This document shows, piece after piece, positions 25,150-37,545 of a stretch of DNA of 54,986 nucleotides. Numbering within the stretch: position 1 is the first letter of the stretch; each line of letters begins with the position of its first letter. A program made the position numbers and the translations under genes. The notes beneath the pieces are model-generated. The model ran no database searches. It worked only from the letters and a program-made list of their open reading frames with translations, and had not been told where the DNA came from. Origin of the DNA: Octopus bimaculoides (Eukaryota); the NCBI RefSeq assembly GCF_001194135.2, contig NC_069003.1:17134101-17189086 (forward strand), written 5' to 3'.

Positions 25150-26940
25150 GTAATTCGTTAGAAAAGAATAGAAAAAATAGAAAAGAATTATCGAATCACA
25201 AGTAAAGCGGTACTTAGGAAAGCTAACCTAGAAGCCAAACAAATCATGGATAAATATAACTTACAAAAGAGGACTGAACCTTTGGACCCTAAACAACCCC
25301 GTTTTGTTTTAAAGGACCACAAGAAAACCTTTTAGAGTAGCCCCAAATTACGTCTTATCTGCCCATCTAAATCAGACATAGGTGTTCTTAGTAAAAACAT
25401 ACTAGACAAATATATACCTACTTTAGTCAAAAAATTAAAACTTAGTTTATGGTCAAATTCATTACAGTTAGTAGATTGGTTTAGTAACATTAATGATAAA
25501 CATAACAACAAATTTATCCAGTTTGATATCTCCAACTTCTATTCTTCAATTAACCCCATTTTACTCAATAAGGCACTCTGGTTTGCTCATAATAAGGCGG
25601 GTCTTTCTAGAGAAGAGATTGATGTTGTTTTAGCAGCTAGAAAATCTATAATTAAATTTAATAATAAACTCTGGACACGCAAGGACACTCCCGATGGTTT
25701 TGACGTGCCTATGGGAGGTTCCGACTCAGCGCAGATAGCCAACTTGGTCTGCGCATATATTCTCAATGAGATGGCAGACCAGTTCCCAACCATTAGGAGT
25801 GGTCTATACCGAGATGATTGTTTGCCACAAACCAACAAATACAAAAAGTTAAAAATAGATTAGTCAGGTTTTTCCGTAGAATGGGTCTTGGCATCACCTT
25901 TGAGTAAGAAATCTCCATAGTCAATTTCCTTGATGTTACTCTAGACCTACACACCAATACTTTTTTCCCTTACCATTAACTCTCCACTAATCTTAAGTAT
26001 ATTAGCCAGTTTAGCAATCATCCTAGAACAGTAACCAGAAATTTAGTTAGGAACATATCACTCAGATTGTCAAATCTATCTGCAAATGTAAATATTTTCA
26101 ACAAAGAGGCTGACTTTTATAACTCTGCCTTACTTAAAGCAGGATATAAAGAAAATGTCAGATACATTAATTCTACTTACGATATTTCTACCTATAATAA
26201 TAAAGATATTAAAATTGATGGTAACGATAAATACAATGATTGTCCTCATTATAACCTTGTTGACAACAACATACAGACAAACGCCTTTTTACATTATAGG
26301 GGAGGTAACTGACAATTTAAACCCTTTTTTAATAACAATAATAATAAATTGAAGTTTTTTAGAAATAATAATAACACACATACAAAACCTGAATCTGATA
26401 AAAATATCTGGTTAATAATTCCATTTGTAAAACAGATTAAATCAAATCTGGTTTCCCAGTTCCGAAATGCTGTTAATAAGAATTTTCCAAGACATTCTCA
26501 CTACTTCCCAGTCATAAACACGCACAAGGTTAGATTTGGATTTTCAAACACTAAAAATATCTCGCAAATAATATCCGCACACAATATGAGACTCTTAAAT
26601 TCGCACACGGGTACCGATAGCAATAACATTAATTCCGACAATACAAACCATCACCATTATAACAATAACAATACAGATAATAACCTAAGTAACAATAATT
26701 ATAATAAGAAAAATAATAATAATAATTACCATAACAACATCATTATTTCGGAAGTTAATAGCAACAAAATTAGTTTTTTAAGTGATAATGCGAAATCCAA
26801 GAACACTATATATCAATGTAAAGTCACCACCCCTACCGATGTATCTTTTTACATTGGATTTTCCTCCTCGCCGATTTCCAGAAAAATCTCAAATCATTAT
26901 TCTACTTTTAGAGATAGAAATAAACGCAACACCATGTGTC
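25150..26940 (+). mobile_element. Penelope-like element (RT + GIY-YIG endonuclease), degenerate
   Basis: FIQFDISNFYSSI, FDVPMGGSDSAQIANLV, GLYRDDCL, SNHPRTV; IYQCKVTT...FYIGFS...NHYSTFR (GIY-YIG-like). Confidence 0.9.
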
Positions 26941-27358
26941 TGCATGCGTGTACATGTGTGTGTGTGTATGTGCACATACGTGTGTGTATGTGCATGTATG
27001 TACATATGTATGTATGTGTGTGTTGTGTGTTTGTGCTATGTGTGTGTGTTGTGTGTGTGGAGGTATACATTTGTATTCACACACACACATGCACATATTC
27101 ACTCGCACACACACACATGTATATACACATACACATGCAGTCATATGCACACACACACACACACACACTACCCCCACAAACACAAACACACATGCACATA
27201 GATACTACCACACACACATTCTCATACTGACCATCTTCGCACTCTCCTGTCCTAAAAAAACCACTTTGCTATCTCTTTCTACTTCTGGTTACTTTATCAA
27301 TGTAATTACACACAAGCTGTTGGCGATTTCTTTTTCTTCTTTAGACTTTTTCCTTTTC

Positions 27359-27393
27359 CTTTCTGATGAAGAGCTATGCTTGAAATGTCAAAC
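27359..27393 (+). ncRNA. Minimal type I hammerhead ribozyme motif in PLE pseudo-LTR (core intact)
   Basis: CTTT-CTGATGA-A-GAGC TAT GCTT-GAAA-TGT-C-AAAC; about 420 nt downstream of a PLE ORF on the same strand. Confidence 0.7.
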
Positions 27394-27499
27394 TCTCTCT
27401 TTTCACTGAGCATCAAGCTAAAACATTTGCTGTGCATGCCCTCTTGTTGTCCGTTAAATTTAACTCGGTTACATGAATTGATTATTTATTTGAATAGAC

Positions 27500-27537
<38 letters not shown>

Positions 27538-28299
27538 NNNNNNNNNNNNNNNNNNNNNNNNNNNNNNNNNNNNNNNNNNNNNNNNNNNNNNNNNNNNNNN
27601 NNNNNNNNNNNNNNNNNNNNNNNNNNNNNNNNNNNNNNNNNNNNNNNNNNNNNNNNNNNNNNNNNNNNNNNNNNNNNNNNNNNNNNNNNNNNNNNNNNNN
27701 NNNNNNNNNNNNNNNNNNNNNNNNNNNNNNNNNNNNNNNNNNNNNNNNNNNNNNNNNNNNNNNNNNNNTAGGGTCAGTTAGGGTGTGAAATTGGGGTATT
27801 TCTAGAGAAGCACTCAACCCAAATACTGGGTTATCAACACTGTTGGGACCCAAGCCAAAGTCAGAATACTTCTGGTGCTGGAAATCCAAGTTTTGTGACG
27901 ATTATACTGTCATATGTGTTTGGCGAAGAGTAATTAATCCAATAAAAAGAAGAAAAGAAAGAAAATTCTTTAACACATCTTTAATTATAAGTTACAAATG
28001 TTTCTATACTATCCTTATTTGCAATGCCAGTTTACACGAAAATTCTAAAAGAAAAATCACATATTTGTGGTTTTAGACATTGGAGAGGCACTTCTTCAGA
28101 CTTGCATCAAAGGCATGCTATTACACTGTGCATCTTTCAGACATTGTTGTTAAGAAAATATTGGGAGGAAATAAAAAATAAAAAATTAAAAGTGTGTATG
28201 TGAGGAAGATATTATGTGGGGGAGGGTAATCAAAAGGGTGGATATGTCTAATGATAGGAGGGAAAGGGGGAAGGAGGGGAGGAAAACAAATAGAAGATG

Positions 28300-28450
28300 A
28301 AAGTGAAGTAGAAAGAGGGGAAGAGAAAGGAGAAGAATCAGGAGAAGGAAAAGAAGAAGAAAAGGGAGAGGGAGAAGAAGAAGAAGAAGAAGAAGAAGAA
28401 GAAGAAGAAAAGGGAGAAGAAGAAGAAGAAAAGGGAGAGGGAGAAGTAGA
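28300..28450. repeat. GAA/GGAGAA purine-rich low-complexity tract
   Basis: Direct inspection. Confidence 0.95.
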
Positions 28451-28969
28451 TACAATGGGCAGTGCTGCATATAGCAAAACAGTTTATCTAGTTGTATGCT
28501 GGCGGTGTGTCAGCCAGTACCGGCAGAACCATTGTTACCAAAATTTGTTCCATGGAAGACAGTGTATTTGACCACACAGTGGCATTAGCCTGTAACAACT
28601 TAATGTGAAAAGATCTATTAAATAGATAACTAGACAATTGTCCAGGAGTCAAAGAATGAGGATGTTAATGATGAATGTTATGGGGAGACCTAATTTATGA
28701 CCTTAGTGTGTTTCACAAGTTGGAACAGTAAAAGACAAAGAGATGGAAGAGGAGGGGAGGCCTTAAAGGGGGACTGTAGAGTCCTAAAAACTGGAGCAGA
28801 AAATAATTAGAGTTTAATTTATTTAAATAGTAGTCAGGAGGATTTTAAACTATATATGTTTTTAAACTATATGTTATACATGTATAGCCAAAATAAAAAA
28901 TTTAAATTTTAAAATGATAAAAATAAAATGAGATGTATGGGCAGAGTGATATATAGTTATTGGTGCACG

Positions 28970-29013
<44 letters not shown>

Positions 29014-29780
29014 CACACATACACATACATACATACATATATATACTCATGGAGACACAGACTCACACACACACATATGCACACACACACTGACATAAGC
29101 ACACACACTTGATTTAAAAGGAAGAAAATCATAGATTCTTTGAATTCAAAAGGTTTATGTCAGAGCAATTTGGATACAGCTTTTGGGGTCCAATTAGTTT
29201 CATTAAAGGGTTGAATTCCATAACTACTTAATAACTACAAAGCAAAAACAAGTGTGTCAAAAAATAAGGTTAAGGTGGGTTATAGACAACTGACAAATAG
29301 TATTTGTTTAGTCATTAGACAATGCCTTAGCAACCAAATTGCTTGTAATTCAAAATGATGTGATGTCTCCTAAACATGTCCATTATACTGGACAGATGCA
29401 GTTTTTGTTGTAACAAGGAACACGTTTTTTTAAATATAATTTTACTTATGTCTAATGTGTATTTCTTACCCACAAGAATTTCACTTTTACCCCACTTGGG
29501 GTAATTTACCCTGGTTTGCCAATCCCTGGTCTAATTATATGAGGGTGTGAAGGCATGTGGTCGAGTGGTTAGGGTGTTGCACTCATGATGGCAAGATTGT
29601 GGTTTCAATTCCACATTTGGCAGTGCACTGTGTTTTGAGCAAAATATTTAATTTCAAATTGCTTTGTGATCACAAACATTTGCATATGATGTTCAGCAAG
29701 CAATTTCAGAACCTTATTTGTTGTCTACAAGTGGTAGGTCCTTGTTTTATACTTATATATATACATATATATATATACAT

Positions 29781-30491
29781 ATAAGAGGGACGACCACTAA
29801 ATGGACATCCATTATGCTAGAAGAAGACCACCTATGGTCTGACCACTAAGAAAAGATTGTTCTCAAGAAAATTCAGCAAACACCAGAACGTAAGCGAGCA
29901 AGACAAATGAAAAGATACAAAACATAAAGATTAATCACAAACCCGGTTTCATTGTTACCACTTACGTAATTACTCACGTAAATGTCCGCAATTAATCAGT
30001 GTGATCATCATAGCAATATAATTTGCAGAACTATACAGGAGACGTCCACATGAGATTGAACATGTATATAGTTCTACCAAATTCATTTGGGGTTATATTT
30101 CAAGAGTCTTCATTTTGGCACACCAAAATACTGGAAATAATTCTGCAGAAAATAATTCTCTGCAGTGAATTTTGCCGGTTAAGAGAACATGGTTATTTAA
30201 ATTTAAATAATAAGGGGGAAAAATTGAATATTAATTTGATTAATATCAATTTAAAACCAGTGGCCTAGCATATTGAAAAATCTGAAGATTCAGAAAAATT
30301 ATATTACATACATATAAGAAGGATGACCACTAAATGGACATCCATTATGCTAGAAGAAAACCACAATCTTTTCTTAGTGGTCAGACCATAGATGGTCTTC
30401 TTCTAGCATAATGGATGTCCACTTCAGATTTTTCAGTATGCTAGGTCACTGGTTTTAAATTGATATTAATCAAATTAATATTCAATTTTTC
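29781..30491 (-). mobile_element. ORF-less ~533-bp terminally redundant unit with hammerhead scaffold and terminal fold-back
   Basis: ATAAGA..GACCACTAAATGGACATCCATTATGCTAGAAGAA occurs at 29781 and 30314; inverted copies at 30363-30491. Confidence 0.7.
29934..30005 (-). ncRNA. Type I hammerhead ribozyme scaffold (G8>U)
   Basis: ATCACA-CTGATTA-[ATTG...ATTTACGT GAGTAATT ACGTAAGT...CAAT]-GAAA-CCGGGT-T-TGTGAT; 6-bp stem I, stem II abuts the core. Confidence 0.7.
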
Positions 30492-31244
30492 ACTTTTATT
30501 ATATATCATCATCATCGTTTAATGTCTGCTTTCCATGCTAGCATGGGTTGGACGATTTGACTGAGGACTGGTGAAACCAGGTGGCTACACCAGGCTCCAA
30601 TCTGATTTGGCAGAGTTTCTACAGCTGGATGCCCTTCCTAACGCCAACCACTCCGAGAGTGTAGTGGGTGCTTTTACGTGTCACTGGCACGAACTACTTG
30701 TATATTTATATATATATTTTTTGTCTTGTGTGTGCCTGTGTGTGAGTGTGTGTGTGTGTGCCTGTGTGTGTAAGATTTTTTTAATTGATTGTTTTTTTTG
30801 CATGGGTTCATTTGGAAAATAATTAAAGGTGTGTCTACTTGTCTATCAATCACACCTTGTCCCTATGGACCCAGACTACATCCCTTGTTTATGCATTATG
30901 CTTGCCTCTCTCCCCAATTCTTGCAACCCAACACTGCTCTGTCATCTCTCTTTCTCTCTCTTGCACTTGCACTTGCCAACTTTATCACTGCTATCCTGTT
31001 CATCCCAATATACCTGTGTTTCACCAATCACTGCATTTCCCTTTCCCTCTGCATTCTCAAGAATTCCCTGGTCACATACCCTGTCCAATCTTCTATCACC
31101 CCATTTACATTCACCTCCTTATACCTTGATGGTATGCCCAAACACATTACCACCATCTCCCTCTCTTTCTCTCTCTGACAACAGTAGCCAGCTATCTCCT
31201 CTACAGCAAGACACCTGTTTCTGTCCCTCTTGTGACAAGAGTCA

Positions 31245-31432
31245 AGGCGGCGAGCTGGCAGAAACGTTAGCACGCTGGACGAAATGCTTAGCAGTATTTT
31301 GTCAGCTGCTGTGTTCTGAGTTGAAATTCCGCCGAGGTCGACTTTGCCTTTCATCCTTTCGAGGTTGATTAGATAAGTACCAGTTACGCACTGGGGTCGG
31401 TATAATCGACTTAATCCATTTGTCTGTCCTTG
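31245..31432 (+). mobile_element. tRNA-derived SINE, second family
   Basis: A-box TGGCAGAAACGTTAG and B-box GAGTTGAAATTCC. Confidence 0.85.
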
Positions 31433-32350
31433 TTTGACCCCTCTGTGGGCAGTAAAGAAAAAAAAGTCATTGACACTCCTGGGGGATTGTCAGAATGGAC
31501 TATTATATTATCCTGTATATTTTCGTTCAGAGATGTCTAGTAAATATATATTTGAANNNNNNNNNNNNNNNNNNNNNNNNNNNNNNNNNNNNNNNNNNNN
31601 NNNNNNNNNNNNNNNNNNNNNNNNNNNNNNNNNNNNNNNNNNNNNNNNNNNNNNNNNNNNNNNNNNNNNNNNNNNNNNNNNNNNNNNNNNNNNNNNNNNN
31701 NNNNNNNNNNNNNNNNNNNNNNNNNNNNNNNNNNNNNNNNNNNNNNNNNNNNNNNNNNNNNNNNNNNNNNNNNNNNNNNNNNNNNNNNNNNNNNNNNNNN
31801 NNNNNNNNNNNNNNNNNNNNNNNNNNNNNNNNNNNNNNNNNNNNNNNNNNNNNNNNNNNNNNNNNNNNNNNNNNNNNNNNNNNNNNNNNNNNNNNNNNNN
31901 NNNNNNNNNNNNNNNNNNNNNNNNNNNNNNNNNNNNNNNNNNNNNNNNNNNNNNNNNNNNNNNNNNNNNNNNNNNNNNNNNNNNNNNNNNNNNNNNNNNN
32001 NNNNNNNNNNNNNNNNNNNNNNNNNNNNNNNNNNNNNNNNNNNNNNNNNNNNNNNNNNNNNNNNNNNNNNNNNNNNNNNNNNNNNNNNNNNNNNNNNNNN
32101 NNNNNNNNNNNNNNNNNNNNNNNNNNNNNNNNNNNNNNNNNNNNNNNNNNNNNNNNNNNNNNNNNNNNNNNNNNNNNNNNNNNNNNNNNNNNNNNNNNNN
32201 NNNNNNNNNNNNNNNNNNNNNNNNNNNNNNNNNNNNNNNNNNNNNNNNNNNNNNNNNNNNNNNNNNNNNNNNNNNNNNNNNNNNNNNNNNNNNNNNNNNN
32301 NNNNNNNNNNNNNNNNNNNNNNNNNNNNNNNNNNNNNNNNNNNNNNNNNN

Positions 32351-33030
32351 TCACAAAAAAAACAAAAGACGAAGGCAGGTGGTGTAGAAAACAAACAGAT
32401 GTATTAGTATAACGCTCAGGAATTGAAAAAGTCTTTAACGTTTCGAGCCTACGCTCTTCCACAAAAAGGAACACAGAAAGAAACAAGGAGAAAAACAAGC
32501 AGAGAAGAAAAAAGACGGAGAGAAACAAGCAGAGAATGGAGCAGATAAGATCTGGGCTACATATGTTTCATTGTGAGTGGAACCTTGGAAGTAGTAAATA
32601 TCCAAGCAAGGTGTGTACCGCAGGCTATTCTTCAGGCCAAGGATATCTTGATTAAATATAAGTTTACATTGTTGCAAGGAGGTACGCATTCAATCAGAAT
32701 GTGTAGGCAGTAGAGTAGGAGTGGAGGATATAAATGTAGAGAGAAATTAGAATTTCTTTTTCCTCTTATTAATCCTAATTTCACTCTACATTTATATTCT
32801 CCCTTCCTACTGTGCTCTCTACACATTCTGATTGACTCTTCCATGTGTTAATATGTACCTCCTTGTGACAACATAAACTTTCATTTGATCAAAATATCCT
32901 TGACCTGAAGAGTAGCCCTGCAGTATGCACTTCACTTGGATATTTACCACTTCTGAAGTTTCACTCGCTATGAAATGTATGTAGCCCGGATCTTATCTAC
33001 TCCATTCTTTACCTCTTGTATTCTTATTCA
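32351..33030. mobile_element. Inverted pair of Penelope-type pseudo-LTR segments
   Basis: ~32530-32755 is the diverged reverse complement of ~32772-33020; the left arm carries a hammerhead scaffold at 32433-32468 (minus). Confidence 0.7.
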
Positions 33031-33229
33031 CATACCTAGAAACCATGGTTGCCTACTGTGAAATATAAAAAGAATTTTTTTTCAATTTATTGTACTTTGA
33101 TGAGGAAAAATCCACAACCACTATTGTCCCTGAAAGTTGATTTTTATATTCACTATGATTTGCTTGAAACTAACTTTCTTCCTACACCTTGATACTTGGA
33201 TCTTATATTTATATATATATGTGTGTGTA

Positions 33230-34506
33230 CAGGGGTTGGACAAAATAATGGAAACACCTTGCATCATAGCATCATAATTTTGAAATATCTATAAAATCGT
33301 CAAAAGCTTGTTTATTTTTATGTTTTTTCATTTGTTATTAGTGTTGCTTAATATGTTTTGCTAAAATTGCTGTTTCTTTTCAATTATCATCAGAAAAAAG
33401 GTATTCAAAATTTATTAAAATGACAGATCTGTCAGACTTTCAAAGAGGTCAAATTGTTGGTGCTCATACAGCAGGCAGTAGCGTAACGAAAACAGCCAAA
33501 ATGTTTGGTGTATCAAGAAGTACTGTCTCAAAAGTAATGACAGCCTTTGAGAAAGAGGGAAAAACCTCCTTGTCGAAACAAAACTCTGGAAGAAAACCAA
33601 AACTTTCAGATAGGGACTGTCGGACTCTTACGTGAATTGTTAGAAAGGATCACAAAAGTACACCTCCGAAATTACTGCAGAGCTTAATGACCACCTTGAG
33701 AACCGAGTTTCCACAAAAGCTGTTCACTGAGAGCTGCACAAAGCCGAATTTGGCAGGAGGGCTGCAATCAGAAAACCACTTCTTTCAAAAACAAACGTTG
33801 CAAAGCATTTAGAGTGGAGTAAAAACCTATAGAATTGGTCCCTAGAGCAGTGAAAGAATGTTATTTTCTCGGATGAGTGATCCTTTGCCTTATTTCTGAC
33901 CACTGTCCGAGTATACGTGTGGAGACAGCCAAAAGAAACATTTCACCCCGATTGCCTTCTCCCAATTGTTAAACATGGAGGAGGATCTGTGATGATCTGG
34001 GGTGGGGGCTATATCTTGGAAATCCACCAGTCAAATGGCTTCCCTTCATGGCAGAATTAATAGTCAAGACTATTTAAGCATTTTATCTGATCGAATCCAT
34101 CCTATGGTTGCGGATCTGTTTCCGGAGGGAAACACAATCTTTCAGGATGATAATGCACCAATTCACACAGCTAAACTTCTTACTAAGTGGCTCGAGGAAC
34201 ATTCTAGTGAAGTTGAACATCTTATCTGGCCACTACAGTCCCTAGATTTCAATATTATTGAACATTTATGGTGCATTTTAGAAAAACAAGTAAGGAGTCG
34301 ATGTCCTCCACCATCATCACTACAAGAACTGGAGACTGTTTTAGCTGAAGAATGGACAAAAATTCCTTTGGAAACAATTCAAACTATGTACAAGCCCATA
34401 CCTCGTAGACTTCAAGTTGTAATTATTGTCAAAGGTGGTCCTACTCCATATTAAAATAAATTTGTTTGAAATTTTAAGGTGTTTCCATTATTTTGTCCAA
34501 CCCATG
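33230..34506 (+). mobile_element. Full-length but inactivated Tc1-like transposon with DD36E catalytic spacing
   Basis: TA + ~30-bp TIR CAGGGGTTGGACAAAATAATGGAAACACCT, and its inverse at 34478-34506. Transposase 33420-34454 (HTH MTDLSDFQRGQIVG; FSDE; FQDDNAPIH; FNIIEHLW) with in-frame stops and a frameshift. Confidence 0.95.
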
Positions 34507-34965
34507 TGCATGTATATATATATATATGTATGTATGTATATATATGATAGACTTTCTCATCAAAATGGACATATGAGTGTTTAGCCGAACGACCTGCATA
34601 AATGATTTGTTTATAGTGATCAAATGTATGTGTTGCACTAATGTACATCAAATCAACTCAATCTTGCCTGAACAAGTGCATAGTGTATTACATGTCAGGT
34701 ATGTGTGTGATTGCAGAGCAACTTGAGATGAAGGGTTTTGCTCAAGAACAGAATGCAACACTTGGTGTAGGAATTGAAACCATGGTCTCATGATTGTGAG
34801 TGCAACATCCTAACCACTTGGCCATGCATCCTCACTATATGTATATATGTATGTATGTATAATATAATATAAGGATAAAATCTTTTTAAGAATTTATCAA
34901 GTAGTCAGCGTGAAAAAAACCTCATAAGGAAAAAAAACCATCATTTTTTTCCATAAATATATATA

Positions 34966-36049
34966 ATATAATCTATATAAGGGCATTATTATAAAATAAA
35001 GCCTCACGCTTAGAGGGACTTAATAAGTCAAAACTACCAAAATAAGCACATGTTTACCGATCGCGAGGAATGCAACCTTCAAAGCTAACCTCCTANNNNN
35101 NNNNNNNNNNNNNNNNNNNNNNNNNNNNNNNNNNNNNNNNNNNNNNNNNNNNNNNNNNNNNNNNNNNNNNNNNNNNNNNNNNNNNNNNNNNNNNNNNNNN
35201 NNNNNNNNNNNNNNNNNNNNNNNNNNNNNNNNNNNNNNNNNNNNNNNNNNNNNNNNNNNNNNNNNNNNNNNNNNNNNNNNNNNNNNNNNNNNNNNNNNNN
35301 NNNNNNNNNNNNNNNNNNNNNNNNNNNNNNNNNNNNNNNNNNNNNNNNNNNNNNNNNNNNNNNNNNNNNNNNNNNNNNNNNNNNNNNNNNNNNNNNNNNN
35401 NNNNNNNNNNNNNNNNNNNNNNNNNNNNNNNNNNNNNNNNNNNNNNNNNNNNNNNNNNNNNNNNNNNNNNNNNNNNNNNNNNNNNNNNNNNNNNNNNNNN
35501 NNNNNNNNNNNNNNNNNNNNNNNNNNNNNNNNNNNNNNNNNNNNNNNNNNNNNNNNNNNNNNNNNNNNNNNNNNNNNNNNNNNNNNNNNNNNNNNNNNNN
35601 NNNNNNNNNNNNNNNNNNNNNNNNNNNNNNNNNNNNNNNNNNNNNNNNNNNNNNNNNNNNNNNNNNNNNNNNNNNNNNNNNNNNNNNNNNNNNNNNNNNN
35701 NNNNNNNNNNNNNNNNNNNNNNNNNNNNNNNNNNNNNNNNNNNNNNNNNNNNNNNNNNNNNNNNNNNNNNNNNNNNNNNNNNNNNNNNNNNNNNNNNNNN
35801 NNNNNNNNNNNNNNNNNNNNNNNNNNNNNNNNNNNNNNNNNNNNNNNNNNNNNNNNNNNNNNNNNNNNNNNNNNNNNNNNNNNNNNNNNNNNNNNNNNNN
35901 NNNNNNNNNNNNNNNNNNNNNNNNNNNNNNNNNNNNNNNNNNNNNNNNNNNNNNNNNNNNNNNNNNNNNNNNNNNNNNNNNNNNNNNNTTGACTTATTAA
36001 GTCCCTCTAAGCGTGAGGCTTTATTTTATAACAATGCCCTTATATAGAT

Positions 36050-36054
<5 letters not shown>
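34966..36054. mobile_element. TIR element whose interior is an assembly gap
   Basis: 34966-35030 (ATATAATCTATATAAGGGCATT...GAGGGACTTATAAGTCAA) is the reverse complement of 35989-36054. Confidence 0.75.
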
Positions 36055-36081
<27 letters not shown>

Positions 36082-36734
36082 TGTAGTATGTATGCAAACA
36101 ATATTTTGTAAACAAGAGAGTTTAATATTTAATTTCATATATGTGTGCATGTGCATCTTTGTCTTTTTTCACCCTTACTACTTGACAATCGGTGTTGCTT
36201 TGTTTACATCCCCCTAACTTAGTAGTTTAGAAAAGAGACCCACAGAATAAGTTGTCATCATCAGGTATCACATATTGTTGCAGCGTACTAATCACACCAT
36301 AATGAAAGTGTACCTGATTAATTGTGAGTTCTACCATTGGATGAAGTCATAGCCTTACTTTGTTCTGACTTTCTCAGTGTTTTCTTGGCAGGAATATTGG
36401 AGGGATTTACCATTGCCATTGGCCCAAAGGGAGCTCATCCATCCTTCGAAAAGATCTTGCTTTTAGACCTGCTGAGTGTCCAGACATCCTTCTCACAAGA
36501 ACAGTAAGTTACCCAAGTGGGGGAACCGATCTAGTCACTGACCAACTGGTTTACATCGTACAGGTAGCAGGTTTCATCAGCTTGTGATGAGATCCCTGAC
36601 CTGACTTCAATAGAATAAGTACCAAGCAGCAAAAAATTAAGTACTGAGGTTGATTTGTTACAGTCTAATCACTAAAACAAGTAAAAAAAGAAAAAAGATA
36701 TATTCCCTTATTGTATATTCTTTAATATCTCTCT

Positions 36735-37135
36735 CTTTTACTCTTTTACTTGTTTCAATCATTTGACTGTGGCCATGCTGGAGCACCGCCTTTAGTCGAG
36801 CAAATCGACCTCAGGACTTATTCTTAGGAAGCCTAGTACTTATTCTATCAGTATCTTTTGCCGAACCGCTAAGTTACGGGAACATAAGCACACCAGCATC
36901 GGTTGTCAAGCGATGTTGGGGGGGACAAACACAGACACACAAACATATACACACACATATGTATATATACATATATACGACGAGCTTCTTTCAGTTTCCG
37001 TCTACCAAATCCACTCACAAGGCTTTGTTCGGCCTGAAGCTATAGAAGAAGACACTTACCCAAGGTGCCACGCAGTGGGAATGAACCCAGAACCATATGG
37101 TTGGTAAGCAAGCTACTTACCACACAGCCACCCCT
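36735..37135 (-). mobile_element. tRNA-derived SINE (same family as 11490-11892)
   Basis: Co-linear near-identity to 11490-11892. Confidence 0.88.
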
Positions 37136-37420
37136 GCGCCTATATGTTTTATTTTCTTGCCAATATTCCCAATTTACTGCTTTGCATTTTCTTTGTTTAG
37201 TTAATCTCTTCTTTTATTTTATATTTGTTTTAGTCAGTAGACAGTGGGCATGCTAGGGCAGCACCTTGAAGAGTTTATCAAATACATCATATCAACTCCC
37301 TCTGCTTATATCTGAAGTCTGGTACTTATTCTATTGGTCTCTTTTGCTGAAACACCAGGTTAAAGGGATATTAAAGAACCAACACTGGTTGTTAAGTGGT
37401 GATGGGGTACCAACACTGAC

Positions 37421-37507
<87 letters not shown>

Positions 37508-37545
37508 CGCACACATGTATACATGTTTATATATATATATATATA

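Noticed and set aside
28121-28571. E-rich, S/P-rich and L-rich ORFs
   Set aside because: Frames of a GAA/GGA low-complexity tract.
1460-36047. Long ORFs containing X runs (e.g. 31434-32387, 35070-36047, 1530-2271)
   Set aside because: Artefacts of N gaps with no stop codons.
11760-37135. tRNA-like A/B boxes as tRNA genes
   Set aside because: They are SINE heads followed by conserved SINE bodies; no complete cloverleaf.
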